Below, piece by piece: positions 10,115 to 23,277 of a stretch of 64,000 bases of DNA. The first letter of the stretch is position 1, and each line of letters starts with the position of its first letter. The DNA comes from Macrostomum lignano. Taxonomy: Eukaryota. The translations under genes and the position numbers were made by a program. The stretch spans positions 143,128-207,127 of the forward strand of contig NIVC01001347.1 in NCBI GenBank assembly GCA_002269645.1. Reading direction: 5' to 3'. A model generated the notes under the pieces. The model was not told the DNA's origin. It ran no database searches and saw only the letters and a program-made list of their open reading frames with translations.

Positions 10115-10716
10115 GGCCAAGCCTAAACAGACGTGAAGATCAGGGAGGGTGTAAACGAACCAAGCCTGAATAGGCGTGAGGATCAGGAGGGTACAAAGGG
10201 GCCAAGCCTGAAGAGACGTGAGGATCAGGGATGGTATAAAGGGGCCAAGCCTGAAGAGACGTGAGGATCAGGGAGGGTATAAAGGGGCCAAGCCTGAATA
10301 GACGTGAAGATCAGGGAGGGTGTAAATGTAAACGAACCAAGCCAAGCCTGAATAGACGTGAGGATCAGGAAGGTATAAAGGGGCCAAGCCTGATGAGACG
10401 TGAGGATCAGGGAGGGTATAAAGGGGCCAAGCTTGAATAGACGTGAAGATCAGGGAGGGTGTAAACGAATCAAGCCAAGCCTGAAGAGACGTGAGGATCA
10501 GGGAGGGTATAAAGGGGCCAAGCCTGATGAGACGTGAGGATCAGGGAGGGTATAAAGGGGCCAAGCCTGAATAGACGTGAAGATCAGGGAGGGTGTAAAC
10601 GAGCCAAGCCAAGCCTGAATAGACGTGAGGATCAGGAGAGTATAAAGGGGCCAAGCCTGAAGAGACGTGAGGATCAGGGAGGGTATAAAAGGGGCCAAGA
10701 CTGAAGAGAGGATCAG
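10115..10716. repeat. ~43-bp minisatellite (GCCAAGCCTGAAGAGACGTGAGGATCAGGGAGGGTATAAAGGG) in the intron after DAGL exon 3
   Basis: About 13-14 visible tandem copies with variants. Confidence 0.93.
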
Positions 10717-10776
10717 AGACGGTAGTCTCTGTGTAAATCAATATTAACAGCAACGCAGTCCAAGTTCAGTACTCAC

Positions 10777-12439
10777 GCGCAATGCGGCCCCATAGTACAG
10801 CAGCACAGACAGGGGTTGTTGAAGACCTCCAGTGGCCAACCGTAGCACGCATTAGCGTACTTCACATAGTACTGCAGTTGTTCCAGGCTGCACCAGTCGG
10901 CTTCGCTGTCGGGCGGCACAGCCGGCGGCGCAGTCACAATAATGTCCAAGTGGCGTCTATTAAGCAGCAAAACTCCCAACGCTAAGTCGCTAGGCGTCAG
11001 ATCGTATTCGTGAAAATAGGCTAAGAGAATTCTGTGTACATTTTCAAATGCGTGCCGAGTGGTCTCGTCGTACCGGGTGCAGCAAAGAAACGAGACCAGG
11101 CGCGACCAGAAGTCCGGCGACAGGAAGCTAAAGCTGCAGGCGCCGCCGGAGTCGTTGGGCTCAGTGAATGAGAAGCATGGCCCGAGAGTCATGAAGAATG
11201 CGGCCGATAAAGATAGGCAAGCAACGGCGAAGCCCACCTGAGAGTTAAAAAAAAAGTTTAGATAAATTATTTCCAACTTTTATTTAAACTTATTTTCAAA
11301 GCTATTACTTTAAATTACAAAAATAATGCTCTACCAGATCCACATACAGATCCCAGTACAGTTTCTTGAATCCCAAATTGCAGATCCCAGTCCAGTCTCT
11401 TGAGTCCCCAATTACAGATCCCAGTCCAGTCTCTTAAATTCCCAATTAGAGATCCCAGTCTCTTGTATCCCCAATTATAGATCCCAGTCTCTTGTACCCC
11501 CAATTACAGATCCCAGTCCAGTCTCTTGTACCCTTAATTACAGATCCCAGTCCAGTCTCTTAAATTCCCAATTAGAGATCCCAGTCCAGTCTCTTAAATC
11601 CCCTATTACAGTTCCCAGCCCCAGTTTCTAATTTCCCAAATCAAGTGGTATTTAGTTTTTTTGGTATAAAAAAAATTAAGCATCAGTTCATAACTAATTA
11701 TCTGAAATCATATATATTTTTTATCATATAGTTTCCAATACATAAATAAGCAAGACATTTCATCGGTAATTTCATCCTGACATAAATAAAAGAACAAAGA
11801 GATTTTTTCGCAATCCAGAAACCAGTGTAGCTGTGTAAAGAGCATCTGTATGGGACACTTGCTATCCTGCCTAAGACCCAGACCCTAGATCTCCGCTACA
11901 AATATGTTTATAGCCATAAATCCCAGCCTTACCAGACACACGCAGCGCGCAATGATGACAGTCTGCAGACTGCAGTCGTACGGCTTAAATGCCAGATAGA
12001 AACCGTAGCCATACAATAGCAGGCTGATTGGCAAGTTAAATAGCAAGTGAAACCACAGCAATATTGGTACGTAGCGTCGTTTCCGTTCCTGCCGTATCGT
12101 GCCCCGGCCAGACTGCCAAGCTAGCAGGCAGGCGTGCAGAAACTTTAACGAAGTGAGCGCAATAGCCAAAGCGTAGAATGCGCGCAGTTGATCGCCGCCA
12201 ACGCAGGCAAACGCCCATTGATCGTGCGACGCTAGAAATACTACTAGCATCATCAGCCTGTGGAGTCAAGTAGAGCATTATTTTCATTTAAAATACTGGA
12301 AAAATACTTGCAATGCTACTAAAAGTAGACAATAGGAGGCTTACCAGAAAAACTCAATAACCGACGATAGTAAAAAAGGAAAAAAGAAGTCATCTGAACT
12401 GACGCGCCACTTCCGTCCAGCAAAGTGCATGTAAGGCAT
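10777..12439 (-). CDS. DAGL: Diacylglycerol lipase (DAGLA/B family), first three exons: 12439-12345, 12257-11933, 11237-10777; catalytic lipase exons not found in the window
   Basis: Exon 1 MPYMHFAGRKWRVSSDDFFFPFLLSSVIEFFW matches the DAGL N-terminal RRW..SDD motif. It is followed by TM segments, SGRGTIRQERKRRYVPILL, FHEYDLTPSDLALGVLLL and YYVKYANACYGWPL. GT-AG sites keep phase (2, then 0); exon 3 ends on a GTGAG donor. Confidence 0.88.
11352..11640. repeat. Degenerate ~30-bp minisatellite (CCCAATTACAGATCCCAGTCCAGTCTCTT) in DAGL intron 2
   Basis: About 9 imperfect tandem copies. Confidence 0.85.
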
Positions 12440-14949
12440 GATTGGCTTTTGATTCTAGTCGATTACAAGCCGCTTGTACTAATTGACACAGATTAGCATA
12501 TTGAAAACTGGTTAAGTCAAAGTTGGGCAGAAATATGTATGTTCTTTGATGAGAACTCCATATATATACAAAATTCTAGGTCTGGCAGCATCTTAGTATA
12601 TAAATTCTATAGGCCTGAGCCAGATGCTACTGATAAATGTATTATATATATTATTTCAGACTTGGGAATTGCTAAAATGTGGTAATGCTGCCAGAAAAAG
12701 TTTAGCCTAAAGCATTAAATAATATATTTGGATTAAAAATTGAAAATTTACAAAGTTTTCAATCCAGATCAGAGTTGCATTGAACTATATACACAGGTCT
12801 ATATATATTGCTAATGAAGTGTTTTGATCACATGCTAGAGAAATACATAATACCATAACTTGTACTTGTGGCACTCTTTTAGTACCTTTAAAAGGGGTGC
12901 TGATTGAAAAGGCCCTGGTACCTGTTGGTTTATTGGTTTAGTTGTAAACAAACCAAATAGAAACCATAGTAGGAGAAACCAACTGATATTAACTATAAAC
13001 CAACTCAAAATAGAGACTTTAAATTATATATATATATTAATAGTAATAGGCAAAGTACTAGCACTTCTGGCACTTTTAGTACCGGAAGGTACTATTTTTC
13101 AAAGTGGCAATTTTTTCATTTCTTTTTTAAGACTGCTGGTCTTAGGTAACAGAAGTTACTTTTTGATAAGTCTGGTACCTTTAGTACTTGAAAATGAAAA
13201 TTTAGGGGCTAAACTACCTATTTAGCACTTTATATTTCCTAAAAGCACAAACTTTCACCAAAATGCAATTATACAATGGTAAAAAGATTATAGGTTTTTT
13301 ACTTTTCATGTTAAACTACATTAAATGGCATTCAATTAAATTTTCTATGAGGATTGACCTCACAGAAATGAGGATTCTATGAGGAAGTATTCTCCTTTTG
13401 TGCTTTTGCGAATAAATTGCTTTGTTCAACCCAAATAGTGTAGAAACAAAAAACATTAAAAAAATTAACATCCTTATTTTACAACTCATTGCAAGTTTTC
13501 TAATAAGGATCAATAGCAGTGCATCAAGACACTATACCTGTGATTGGTAGAAAAAATTATGGAGGCCAATTTCTTTATTTTGATATTTTTGCAAGATAAG
13601 TCTATGTACTCTAGGAGTGTTTTATGACTATTAACTCTTTTGAGACCAATTATATTTTTATTGTAGTATAAAGGCACAAATCAAAATATTTAATGTTTTG
13701 TACATTGGTCTATCTCATACATGCGCAACCTCCAAAATTAAGTTAAAACTTAATTTTAAACTTAGTTTAAACAATAAATGCGACATAGTTTTTGGCCAAA
13801 AATGCGACTTACATATAAAAGAAATCCTAAAGCAAAATTAATGCAAATTTGGATAAATGAGAGGAATAACTATGACTGTTTTATTAAGGCAAAATGCCTC
13901 ATTATCTACTTAGTACTATTTATTTGGATGGGCATTTTTGCAACTTACCTTGGTTAACTGCCAAATTTGTCAGCCAGATTGGCCAACTTGCTTGACTGTT
14001 GCGCATGTATAGTCTATCTATCAAATTGTAGCCATTTATTGTCCTAGTATCCTTTTTTAATTGTTAAATGGTATTTCCAAGGCTGCCAAAAGATTATAAT
14101 TTATTCTAAATAGTTATCTAAATCTAAATAAGTATGTTAGCAGTATAAAAGTGCACCATATACTGTAAAAATATAGCTGCTAAAAAACTATAACATAAGT
14201 ACTAATAAAGAGAATGACCCACACAAACTAAAAGTTGACTAAAGTATTGTACTCATTATGAGATAGTTATTGCCAAGAATTACCTTTATACATACTTCTA
14301 ATGATTCAAAATTAATATTTTGAAAATCAGCCTCCAATTTTTTTCCACAAATCATAAGTATAGTGCCTTAATATATTGCTAATCTTTGTTTTCTATTTTT
14401 TTGTTTATTCACTCAAATTTTGGTTGCAATAATAATAATTATATTGCATTTTTATTTAAGGACTAATTGTACAGTTAACTATAGACCAAAAATGTTTTTT
14501 CTACTTTTCACAAAAAACTATTTTGCACTTTTTAATTAGTAGATCATTAAAATTAGAAAGGACTAGTAAATTTCAGGGTTTTTTGTACCAAATTAGTACA
14601 AATGCCAATGCCACTTTAGCATATCCTCTTTTTTTAGTTTTAAGTTATAAACATTGAAAACTTTTACTTTTATTTTATATAAACTGTTAAAACCTGCAGA
14701 TTTTGAACCCACTGAAATATATTCCCTGGAACTTTTTTGGATAGATTCTAAAATCTAAAGCAATACTCAAAATACTTATTAATAGTTAGAATAAATAAAT
14801 AAAATTTGGAATAAATTTGTATTAAATGAAAATTTAAAGCAAGTATTGATCTTATTGATTGGGGTTGCCACAGATTGATAGGTAATATCTGTCTAAAGTA
14901 TGCACTGACAAACTCTAGTCTCTGATCTTTGCCTATTTCTGTCTCTCAG

Positions 14950-15260
14950 GTCCTTTGAAACTCTTCTATTCTTTCTTCTTTCTCTTCTCCTTTCTCTTAT
15001 CTTTTCTTTTCTTTTCCCTCTTATCTCTTCTTTCTTATCCTTCCTCTTTTCACTCTTCTTTTTACTCTTTCCTCTGCTCTCTTATTCTGCCTCTCTTCAT
15101 TCTTTTATCTTATCCTTCCTCTCTTTATTATATTCTCTATTCTCTTATCTTTTCCTTTTTCTCTTTATTCTTTTCTCTACTCTCTTATCTTTTTTCTCTG
15201 CTATTTTCTCTTTTCTTTACTCTCTCTATTTAACTCTCTTTTATGTTTTTTTATTTCATC
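14950..15260. repeat. CT-rich low-complexity tract
   Basis: Almost purely T/C on the plus strand; the 92-aa F/S/L ORF is a by-product. Confidence 0.85.
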
Positions 15261-18200
15261 TTTAGTTTCCTTTTATTTGGCTTATAGCCATAAGCTAGAT
15301 TCTTTATTGGGCCCTTAAGGTAAAAAATTGCAGTCTCAAGTCTTTATTCTCCAGAAAGTAGCAAGGTGATTCTAATGCTATTTAGGTTAAATCCTACAGC
15401 ATTAGCTTGAGTGCTTCAAAATTTACCATGTATACTCAACCTACTTGACACTTTCTTCTATGGGACTAAGGGAATGAGTGGAGCAGCAAAACTACCAGAA
15501 AAAGCAGACAAAATTCACCTGCTCATAGTTTTTATCCTGATTGAAGTACAGAGTAAAGACTTTATACTAAGAGAGAAAATAAGTCAAAAAATTCTATGAA
15601 GTTTAAAGACAATGGCTTTATGTGGAGCAAACTTATGGAAACTGAAAGTTAGTCAATTGTATTCTGGCAAGATAAGGAAAGGAGAAAGGCAGAGATTGGT
15701 ATGATTGCTATGCTAATAAAAAGCAAACAAATTTTAAAAGTGCACAATACAATTTAAGATTAACTTAAATTAAAAGACTCAAAATTTTATAGTATTATGT
15801 CAAAAAGTTGAAGCTTGTGTCAAATTTTGGTTTTATTGGTTAATTGGATTTGGAAAAATAGTGACTATAAAAATAATCATTTTGCTATTTTAATGACTAG
15901 GCCCTACTCTTAAATAAAAATAATTACCTTTATTTTTACAAAAACCATATCTAGACTCTTAGAGCATACATTTAATTTAAATAATTGCCATTTGTGTGGC
16001 TAAGATGCAGCTAGAAACATGCAACATAAGTTCTAGAGGGTTAGGCAGGCTCTAGAACATATTTGCATCATAAGCAAAATCATATTTATAAACAAAACAG
16101 CATTAGGCATTTTAATAATCTATAAGAAATGTGCTAACTTTTTTAGTATTTTTAGCAAATTGTAAAGAAAATTTCTTTTGATATAATAATATGCAAACAT
16201 GATTTTTCTGCAAACTGAGAGCCAACTAAACTAAGCTAGTTGGGTTAGGTCTTGGCAAAAAGAACACAACAAACTCTTTATGACAATATATTGTAGCAGA
16301 TGAAATGATTATATTGCAGACAAGAGTGAAGATGAACTGGCAATAGATGAAATGACTGTCAACCCTTACATCTTATCCGACTGATAATAGTATACTTTAT
16401 AAACATAAAACATAGCAATTATTATAGAATGCAGCTTATAGGCATAGGCCCTAGAACTGATAGCTAAAGGCATAGGCCCTAGCATTCAAAACGTAGAACA
16501 TTATCATTGTTTTAAACAAAGAGAAGTAGGAACTTAATTGCAAGGAAATATATTGTTAGCAAAAGGGAATAACAAGTAGGCCTAAGCAATCAAGGTAACC
16601 GGTGCAATAGATTCAATTGGTGTAAGATGGGCAACAATAGCATGGTACACATATAGCATTTTCTATAATTTTCATGTCGGTTATAGAGGAAAATTTGCTA
16701 TGAGTTTAAAGATCTTCTTAATAGCTAGCAATAAATCTTTTTTATTTTTGTTTTTGTTTGTAGCATAGCCTAAGCTGTAAAAATGCCTTGTACTGAGATG
16801 ACTTTGGTTAAAGTACTTAGAAAGTAGTTTTTTAAGTTAGGCTTGAAAATATTCTTATAGAAAAAGCAATTGTTGTTATGTCTGCCTTTCGTGTGGTTTT
16901 CTATTTTTTTAAAAGTTCACATTCCCAAGAGATGAGCAGTAACTTTGTGTGGTCTAGTGTGGTCATTGTTGTTTTATCTTCGTTGTAACTGTTACCAGGG
17001 TCCGATACTCCTATGTTTATATGTGCAGGTGACGGTAAGATAAACCTAGGTGGCGATCTTTGGGTTTCCCGCTCTAAATTATTTAAACACTTTTTTCAAA
17101 CTGCATATAAATAGTATTGTAGGTAGGTGCTTTTAGGTAGGTTAAGGAGTACTTGTAGAAATTTGTTTGGATTTTGTTGATGTTCTTGAGTTCAGTACAG
17201 GTTGCTAGATGTCCCCAGATTTCACAACTATATGTTATAACTGGTGTGACCAAAGAATCAAACTAATAAGCATGATATCCAGCGGGTGTCTCTTACTTTG
17301 TCCAGCAGTGAAAACATTGCAGAATTACCTTGTTTGGTCTGATAAATGTTTAACTCTCATGTTTAGTTAATACATAATGCACATTATTTAAATTAGGTTT
17401 TTCTTTATTTTGCGTTACCCGCCGATCGCCTGCCGCTGCCCCGCGATTCTGAACATAATTTACATAATTCATAATAATTCATAAACTTTGACAGACGTCA
17501 TAAACATAAAATTTGAAATTTCTTGCTACGATAAAAACAAACAGTTTACAACTTTAGTAAGCACTATAGTTTTAATGTTAAAAGCTATGTGTATTTTATA
17601 GAAGAATATAATTCTTTTTAATATTGAATTACTAGTTGTTTTACATTTACACTTTCTTTGTTCTTTAAAACCATCGAGCATTTTCAAAAATTATCTTCCA
17701 GAATAGGTTCCAGAACCGTGATGGCGTGATCCGATTTTGTCATTTTGCAAATTGGGTTTGAGAAATTTTCTCGATCCGTTGTCATATTTCTATGGACAAA
17801 TTTGAAGAAAGCATTTGAAACATTTCAAAATTCAAAAAGAATACTAAAACTTAAAAGTATGGGCTATATTTTAGATAAAAATATTTTTATCATTTGTTTT
17901 GAGAAGTAAAATAATTAAAGAGAAAGAGAAAAATTCAACACTTATTATTTTCCTACCAATTCTAGTTCTGGAATTGGAATTATTCTGGTTCTAGAACTGA
18001 TCTTCATGAGAAGCCTATATCTTTTTAGTTGTTTGAGTTTTCAGGTTTGCTTAATGGCAAATAATGCATTTGCATTTTTATGGATATAAATATTTGTATG
18101 CCTGAGTTAGTAAAACTAAAAAGTTTTAAAAACTGAAGGACAAGGTGCAGAGATAAGCATAATATTTTCCTTTTAAGCTTACTGATTAAAACATTTTTTA

Positions 18201-18519
18201 TTGAAATAGGCCTGTGCCATAATTTTTTATTATTAGTTATAAGGATTGACTAAGCATGATTTTTTTCATGCATAGTTGAAACTAGACCATGTATAAAACT
18301 GCATGACTGACTTTTTTTATAATATAGGCCCTACATTAATTTAAACACACAACTATTCGTATTAATATTACCAAGTCTAGCAATTTTTATTGATTTTTAA
18401 GCTTTTTTTTCATCATGCTTATTGTTGATCAAATTTTATTATATGGCTTTATTATAATAATTATATCTGTGATTTTTTGCAATTTTGGTTTGCTTTGGTT
18501 GTGCTATGCCTATATATAA

Positions 18520-20018
18520 GGGGCCTATAGGCTATAGCCTGCAAGCAAGTTGCCCATAAAGTTTTTTCCTGCCAAGATTTGCCCACAATGCTTTTTTACT
18601 ACAATGAATTTGGCAGCTAGATTCTCTCTGTATTGCCGAGCCCCCCAAAAAATATGCATTTAATATGCAGTTACTATCAAAAAGTTTTTAGCAATTCTTA
18701 AGTTTTGTTTGTTGAATTATTTTGACTTTAGAAAAGTATTGTATACACTTTTTTAAGTACAAATAACTATTTTAAGAGACTTAAGCTTAATAAGGCACTA
18801 ATTCTATGTTTCAAAACTTGTTATAATGTATTTGACACTGAAAAGCTGCAATAGTCTATGGCCAAAAGTCCAAAACTTTAACAAGTGAACAAGTCTTAAA
18901 GGAAATAAATAAAAAGTATTATTGTCTATGGTCAAATTGCCAACAAATAGCAAAAGCTTTATATGCTATAGTAGTGGGAAATCCAATAATAAGATATTCC
19001 CAAATGGCTTCATTGGGTTCAGTTGACAGGTTGACACCACAATTCTTCTAAGTATTTTAAATAGGTCAACTTTGTCAACTTGTTAAAGATTATTGATGTT
19101 TAGTCTGGACCATAGACCTTTTTTTCAAGTCAAAAAATGTTCAAACATTCTGGCTAAAGACTATTGCAGCTTTCCAGTGTCAGAACATTATAACAAGTTT
19201 TGAAGCATAGAATTAGTGCTTAATCAGGCTTATGTCTTTTAAAAGTATTTATTTGTACTTAAAATAGTTGGTAGATTACTTTTCTAGAGTCAAAATAATT
19301 TAACAAACGGAACTTGACAATTGCCAAGTTTTGATCATGTAAATCTCTTTACTAAGATTAATTACATCTAATAAGCATTAGGAAGGCAATGCAGACTAAA
19401 TCTGCAATAAAAAAGCATTGCAAGCAAACCTCGGTAGAGGGGGGGGGGGTGGCCGTAGCCCAGCAGTAGTGCAGCTGCTCTGGTGTGCCAGCAACCTAGG
19501 CTTGATTCCAAGTATAGCACATTAATTTGGGGCTGAATTGGAATCTCGGCTTGGCTCTGCTTATACAATTAACAGCCTTAAGAGCCAACCCCTCAAGGCG
19601 CAGTGAAGTGTATATGCCTAACATTAATATAAATTTAGGGCCACTATATACTATTGTGTGAGTGTGTGCCTGCGTACGTATCCACGCGCTTGTATGCCTG
19701 CTCAGGGGGGATAGAATGAGCAGTAATGTCTCATGCCGGTTGTGTGCCTATGTTGCTTAAAGTGCACCAGTGTGCACACAACCCCTGCCTCTAAAAAAAC
19801 CTTGGTGGGAAAAAACTCTGCAGGAAACTCACTTGTGGGCAATCCACTTGCAGGCAAATTGCACTGCAGGCAAATCTTGGTGGGAAAATCTCCATAGGCA
19901 ATTTGCTCACAGGCAAAATGCACTGTGGGCAAATCTTAGCAGAAAAAGCTTGGCAAGCAAATCTCCTGCAGGCAAATCTTGGCAAGCAATTCATCTGCAG
20001 GCAATTCTCATGGACCCC
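18520..20018. mobile_element. Degenerate MITE-like element with GGGG...CCCC ends and inverted ~15-bp subterminal repeats
   Basis: Left CCTGCCAAGATTTGCCCACA-type motifs (18540-18620) are the reverse complement of the GCAGGCAAATC / TGTGGGCAAATC repeats at 19820-20005. No TSD recognised. Confidence 0.4.
18691..19324. mobile_element. Foldback/MITE-like element with ~190-bp imperfect inverted arms, nested in the previous element
   Basis: Left arm ...GCACTAATTCTATGTTTCAAAACTTGTTATAATG...GACACTGAAAAGCTGCAATAGTCT pairs with right arm AGACTATTGCAGCTTTCCAGTGTC...CATTATAACAAGTTTTGAAGCATAGAATTAGTGC. Confidence 0.7.
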
Positions 20019-21487
20019 AAATAAATTCTTCTGAGGTCACAAAAGCTTAGGACACTATTTAACATACAAATTAATTGGCTTATTAATCTGTGGTCTTAGG
20101 CTGAATATTATTATTATTATTATTATCATTGTTATTATTATAATTAACAGTTTAAGAAAAGCTAAAGTCCACAGTTTACAAGAGTTTGCAGAAGATGAAT
20201 CATGTCAAGCTAAGTGCCCACTGGGTTTCTTGATGGCTTACTGAGGACATGAAGCTGGGTTGTCTATCCAGACAGCTTGTGTGTCTAGGTTCAATAAGTC
20301 TATGACTGATGTTCCTCTACTTAAATGAACATCTCTCTTGAAATACAAATCCAAAGCAGTTTGAGTCATTTTAAAGAAGAGACTTACTTGCTACTTTCAA
20401 ACAACACCAAACTTGTGTCAATCCAACTTACCAAACATCTGCTACAAGTGAAAGTAACACTATTTTCCAGATACCCCTCGTGTTTCTTCCCTTATTTATT
20501 TAAAACAAAAATAAGGGTGAGAAGAAAAACGAACTTTAAAATACCTATGTTTAGTAGTAATAGTAATAGTAATCATATTAATAGAAGTAAGTAGTAATAC
20601 TGGATGGCATATACCTTCACATGTATAAATTAAATTACATTTTGTATAGCAATTTGTGTGCCACCTGATAGAGTAGTAAGATCTAGAAATATCTAAATAA
20701 AGCTGGGCACCAATGGTGGACCTTGATCCCAATCTTGATTCCAACTAATCCCAAATTCTGACTTTTATGAGTTAAATCTCACCTAACCATATTTTCCCAT
20801 CCCAGTCAGGCTCTAGGGTGCACCATGATATACATAAGAGATATACTATACTCAGCAAACTGAGGTCAGTGAGGACCTTTTTTGATGATCTTAGCTTATA
20901 ATATGAAATTAGTCAGGCAACTTTTATGCTTAAATGTTTTCTAGTACTCCTATGTATTTTTTCCTGTTTTGGATTTATTCACTTCATATATTCAAAGTTT
21001 TATAGCTCAGAATATTGATAACATTTGAACATCCAAGGGCACATTCAAAAATTTTTTGAGGGGCAGCTATACCAAGTACTATAACCCAAAATAGACCTTG
21101 CATAGTTATAGGCCAATAGTAAAGTTATTGATTCTTATTTTATTATAATTACTCTCTACAAAATAGTGATGTATTTTTATATCCATAATTGATAATTTTC
21201 ATTGAGGACAATCTTGAACTACAATTTTACTTTCCTATTCATGCAGTCAATGAAAATGCAATTCTCAAGAGGCCTAAGCAAAATAAACTTATTTGTGCAC
21301 AGCTCATCAACGTTCATCCAACCATTTAGAGCTTTTACCAGGCATGGTAAAAATCCCTTCAATAGGCTGTCCTGGGATTCAATACAGTAAGTTTTTTATT
21401 GTATATTAAAAAAATAATTGCCATATCCATTGTCTAATACTGGTTTAGATTCTAAGTAGTGTATTACGTGTTTCCTTCTGCTTTTTA

Positions 21488-23026
21488 ATGCACTTCAGAC
21501 CCGACAAAACTGAAAAGACGTCCAGTATTGACGATTCTGTCGATGCTGTTATTAAAGTGGCCGAATTGGCGGCCAAACAAGCGGACGAAGCCGCCACAAC
21601 GGCAGCAACCGAAGCCCTTCTGGCGGCCAGTCAGCGGCATCTCAGCCTGCTGCCAGAGGATGCCAGGTTTCTGCGCTCCGGCCTTAGCCCGCTGGCTCTG
21701 CTGCCTGACGATCAGGCCGAGTCTCCCGTTGACTCGGCAGCTGCCGGTCGGGCCAGACAGGCAGTTCCGGCCGGCTGTCCGCACTGGGGCCGAGTGTCGG
21801 AACCGGCGGCCAGGCCGGAACAGACTGGCGGGCGCAGCCAGCAGCAGCAGCTGAATCCAACCTATGCAGACTGTGCCAAGCGAGACTGGGCCAGGGTGTT
21901 CCTGCGGCCGCCAACTAATCCTTGGCAGGAGTTGATTCAGCTGACCGCCGAGGGCAAGCTCTGGCACTATCCGATTGATAATGAGCAGGTAGATTCTGAG
22001 TCGTTTTTTTGTCGTCATGGGCTTGTTTGTTTTAAAGTGGCTTTTTATGGCGTCAATTTCGCGCCACGACCCCTTATTTGGGTCTACGACGTTTGCCAGT
22101 CGACGTTTGCCAGCTGGACGTTTGCCAGCCGGGCATTTGCAGGCGGCAATTGGTTAAAGAAGTATGCCCTCCCTCTAGGCTTACATGAGCTTGCATTTGA
22201 AAACTGCGGACATAGCACTAATCTAATCCCAACTCGCTCCCTACTACTGCTATTAAATATACAGGTTGCTAACAAACTACTGCTCACTGGAACGCTCTTC
22301 ATCTTGAATCTTGATATTTTGAGTAGGTTTTAGTAACAGGTGCAAAAGCAACCGATGTTACCAAAACTGTCCAAACTAGCAGCACCAAAGCCTCACTGAC
22401 ATCAAAGTCAGTAAGCAGACAATGAAGCATCTCACAACTAAAGTCTCGTAGTCAATTGGCAATGGCACGAAAAGTTGGAAAACGTCGGCTGGCGAATGTC
22501 CGGCTGGCAAACGTCGCTATCCCCCCTCATTTGATTCCGTGCGCGTTTATTTGGGAAAATTTTTCGATTCACACCCAAGGCACAGTGAAGTGTACATGCC
22601 TGACGATTAGAAAGTCAGGGCCGCTGTACACTCCTGTGTGAGCGTGTGTTCGGATTATGTCTATCGAGTCAAGATGGCAAATTTAGGATGGTCAGTCCCC
22701 GATCCGCCACCTACACTGACCAAATTTTCACTGGCAAAAGTGCACAAAAGTACAACTTCGATTTGCAGGGCCGAGAACTGGAGCCAGACGGTCGGGTATC
22801 TTTCCAGCGTCACGTGATGCTTGACCGGCAACTGCAAGACTGGGTGCCCAAGACTGGGCCAGTCCGGCACTTCATGGAGACCGTGTGCGTTGGCCTGTCA
22901 AAGAATCCCTACCTGACAGCGGCTGAGAAGGCCGATCACTTGGATTGGTATCGGCGCTACTTTGCTGACAAGATTGACAGAATTCAGGCTGTCTATGAGC
23001 AGTCTGCTGAGCCTACTGAAGCCTGA
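21488..23026 (+). CDS. MRPS31: Mitochondrial small-subunit ribosomal protein S31; exons ~21499(or 21488)-21988 and 22769-23026; true 5' end uncertain
   Basis: NPWQELIQLTAEGKLWHYPIDNEQ|GRELEPDGRVSFQRHVMLDRQLQDWVPKTGPVRHFMETVCVGLSKNPYLTAAEKADHLDWYRRYF matches the conserved MRPS31 C-terminal domain. The 780-bp GT-AG intron is phase 0. A strong acceptor at 21498 suggests an unseen upstream exon. Confidence 0.92.
22080..22523. mobile_element. MITE-like insertion in the MRPS31 intron (GGG...CCC ends, CGACGTTTGCCAG subterminal repeats)
   Basis: Left GGGTCTACGACGTTTGCCAGTCGACGTTTGCCAG versus right CCGGCTGGCAAACGTCGCTATCCC (inverted). No TSD seen. Confidence 0.65.
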
Positions 23027-23277
23027 GTGAGCATGGGAGCACTGATCAGTGGTTGTTCTCTGTTATTTTAATGAAGAATTTAAACAAATAAATAAATAAA
23101 TAGCTTTGTTATTATTGCTTTAACTCGCATTTTTAATACGATTTATTAACACCGGAGTCAAATATTTATAGCTGATTATTTGCTGTGCTGATTATTTTCT
23201 TGCTAACGATTCCGTGTTAGTCTACTTACAGTAGCATGATTCCCACCTTCCTTATTTGGTGAAAAAAAGCCCAGATT

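Noticed and set aside
10380-10560. Hammerhead ribozyme core (CTGATGAG / CTGAAGAG) in the 43-bp repeat
   Set aside because: There is no downstream GAAA and no stem II pairing around the core; a chance match.
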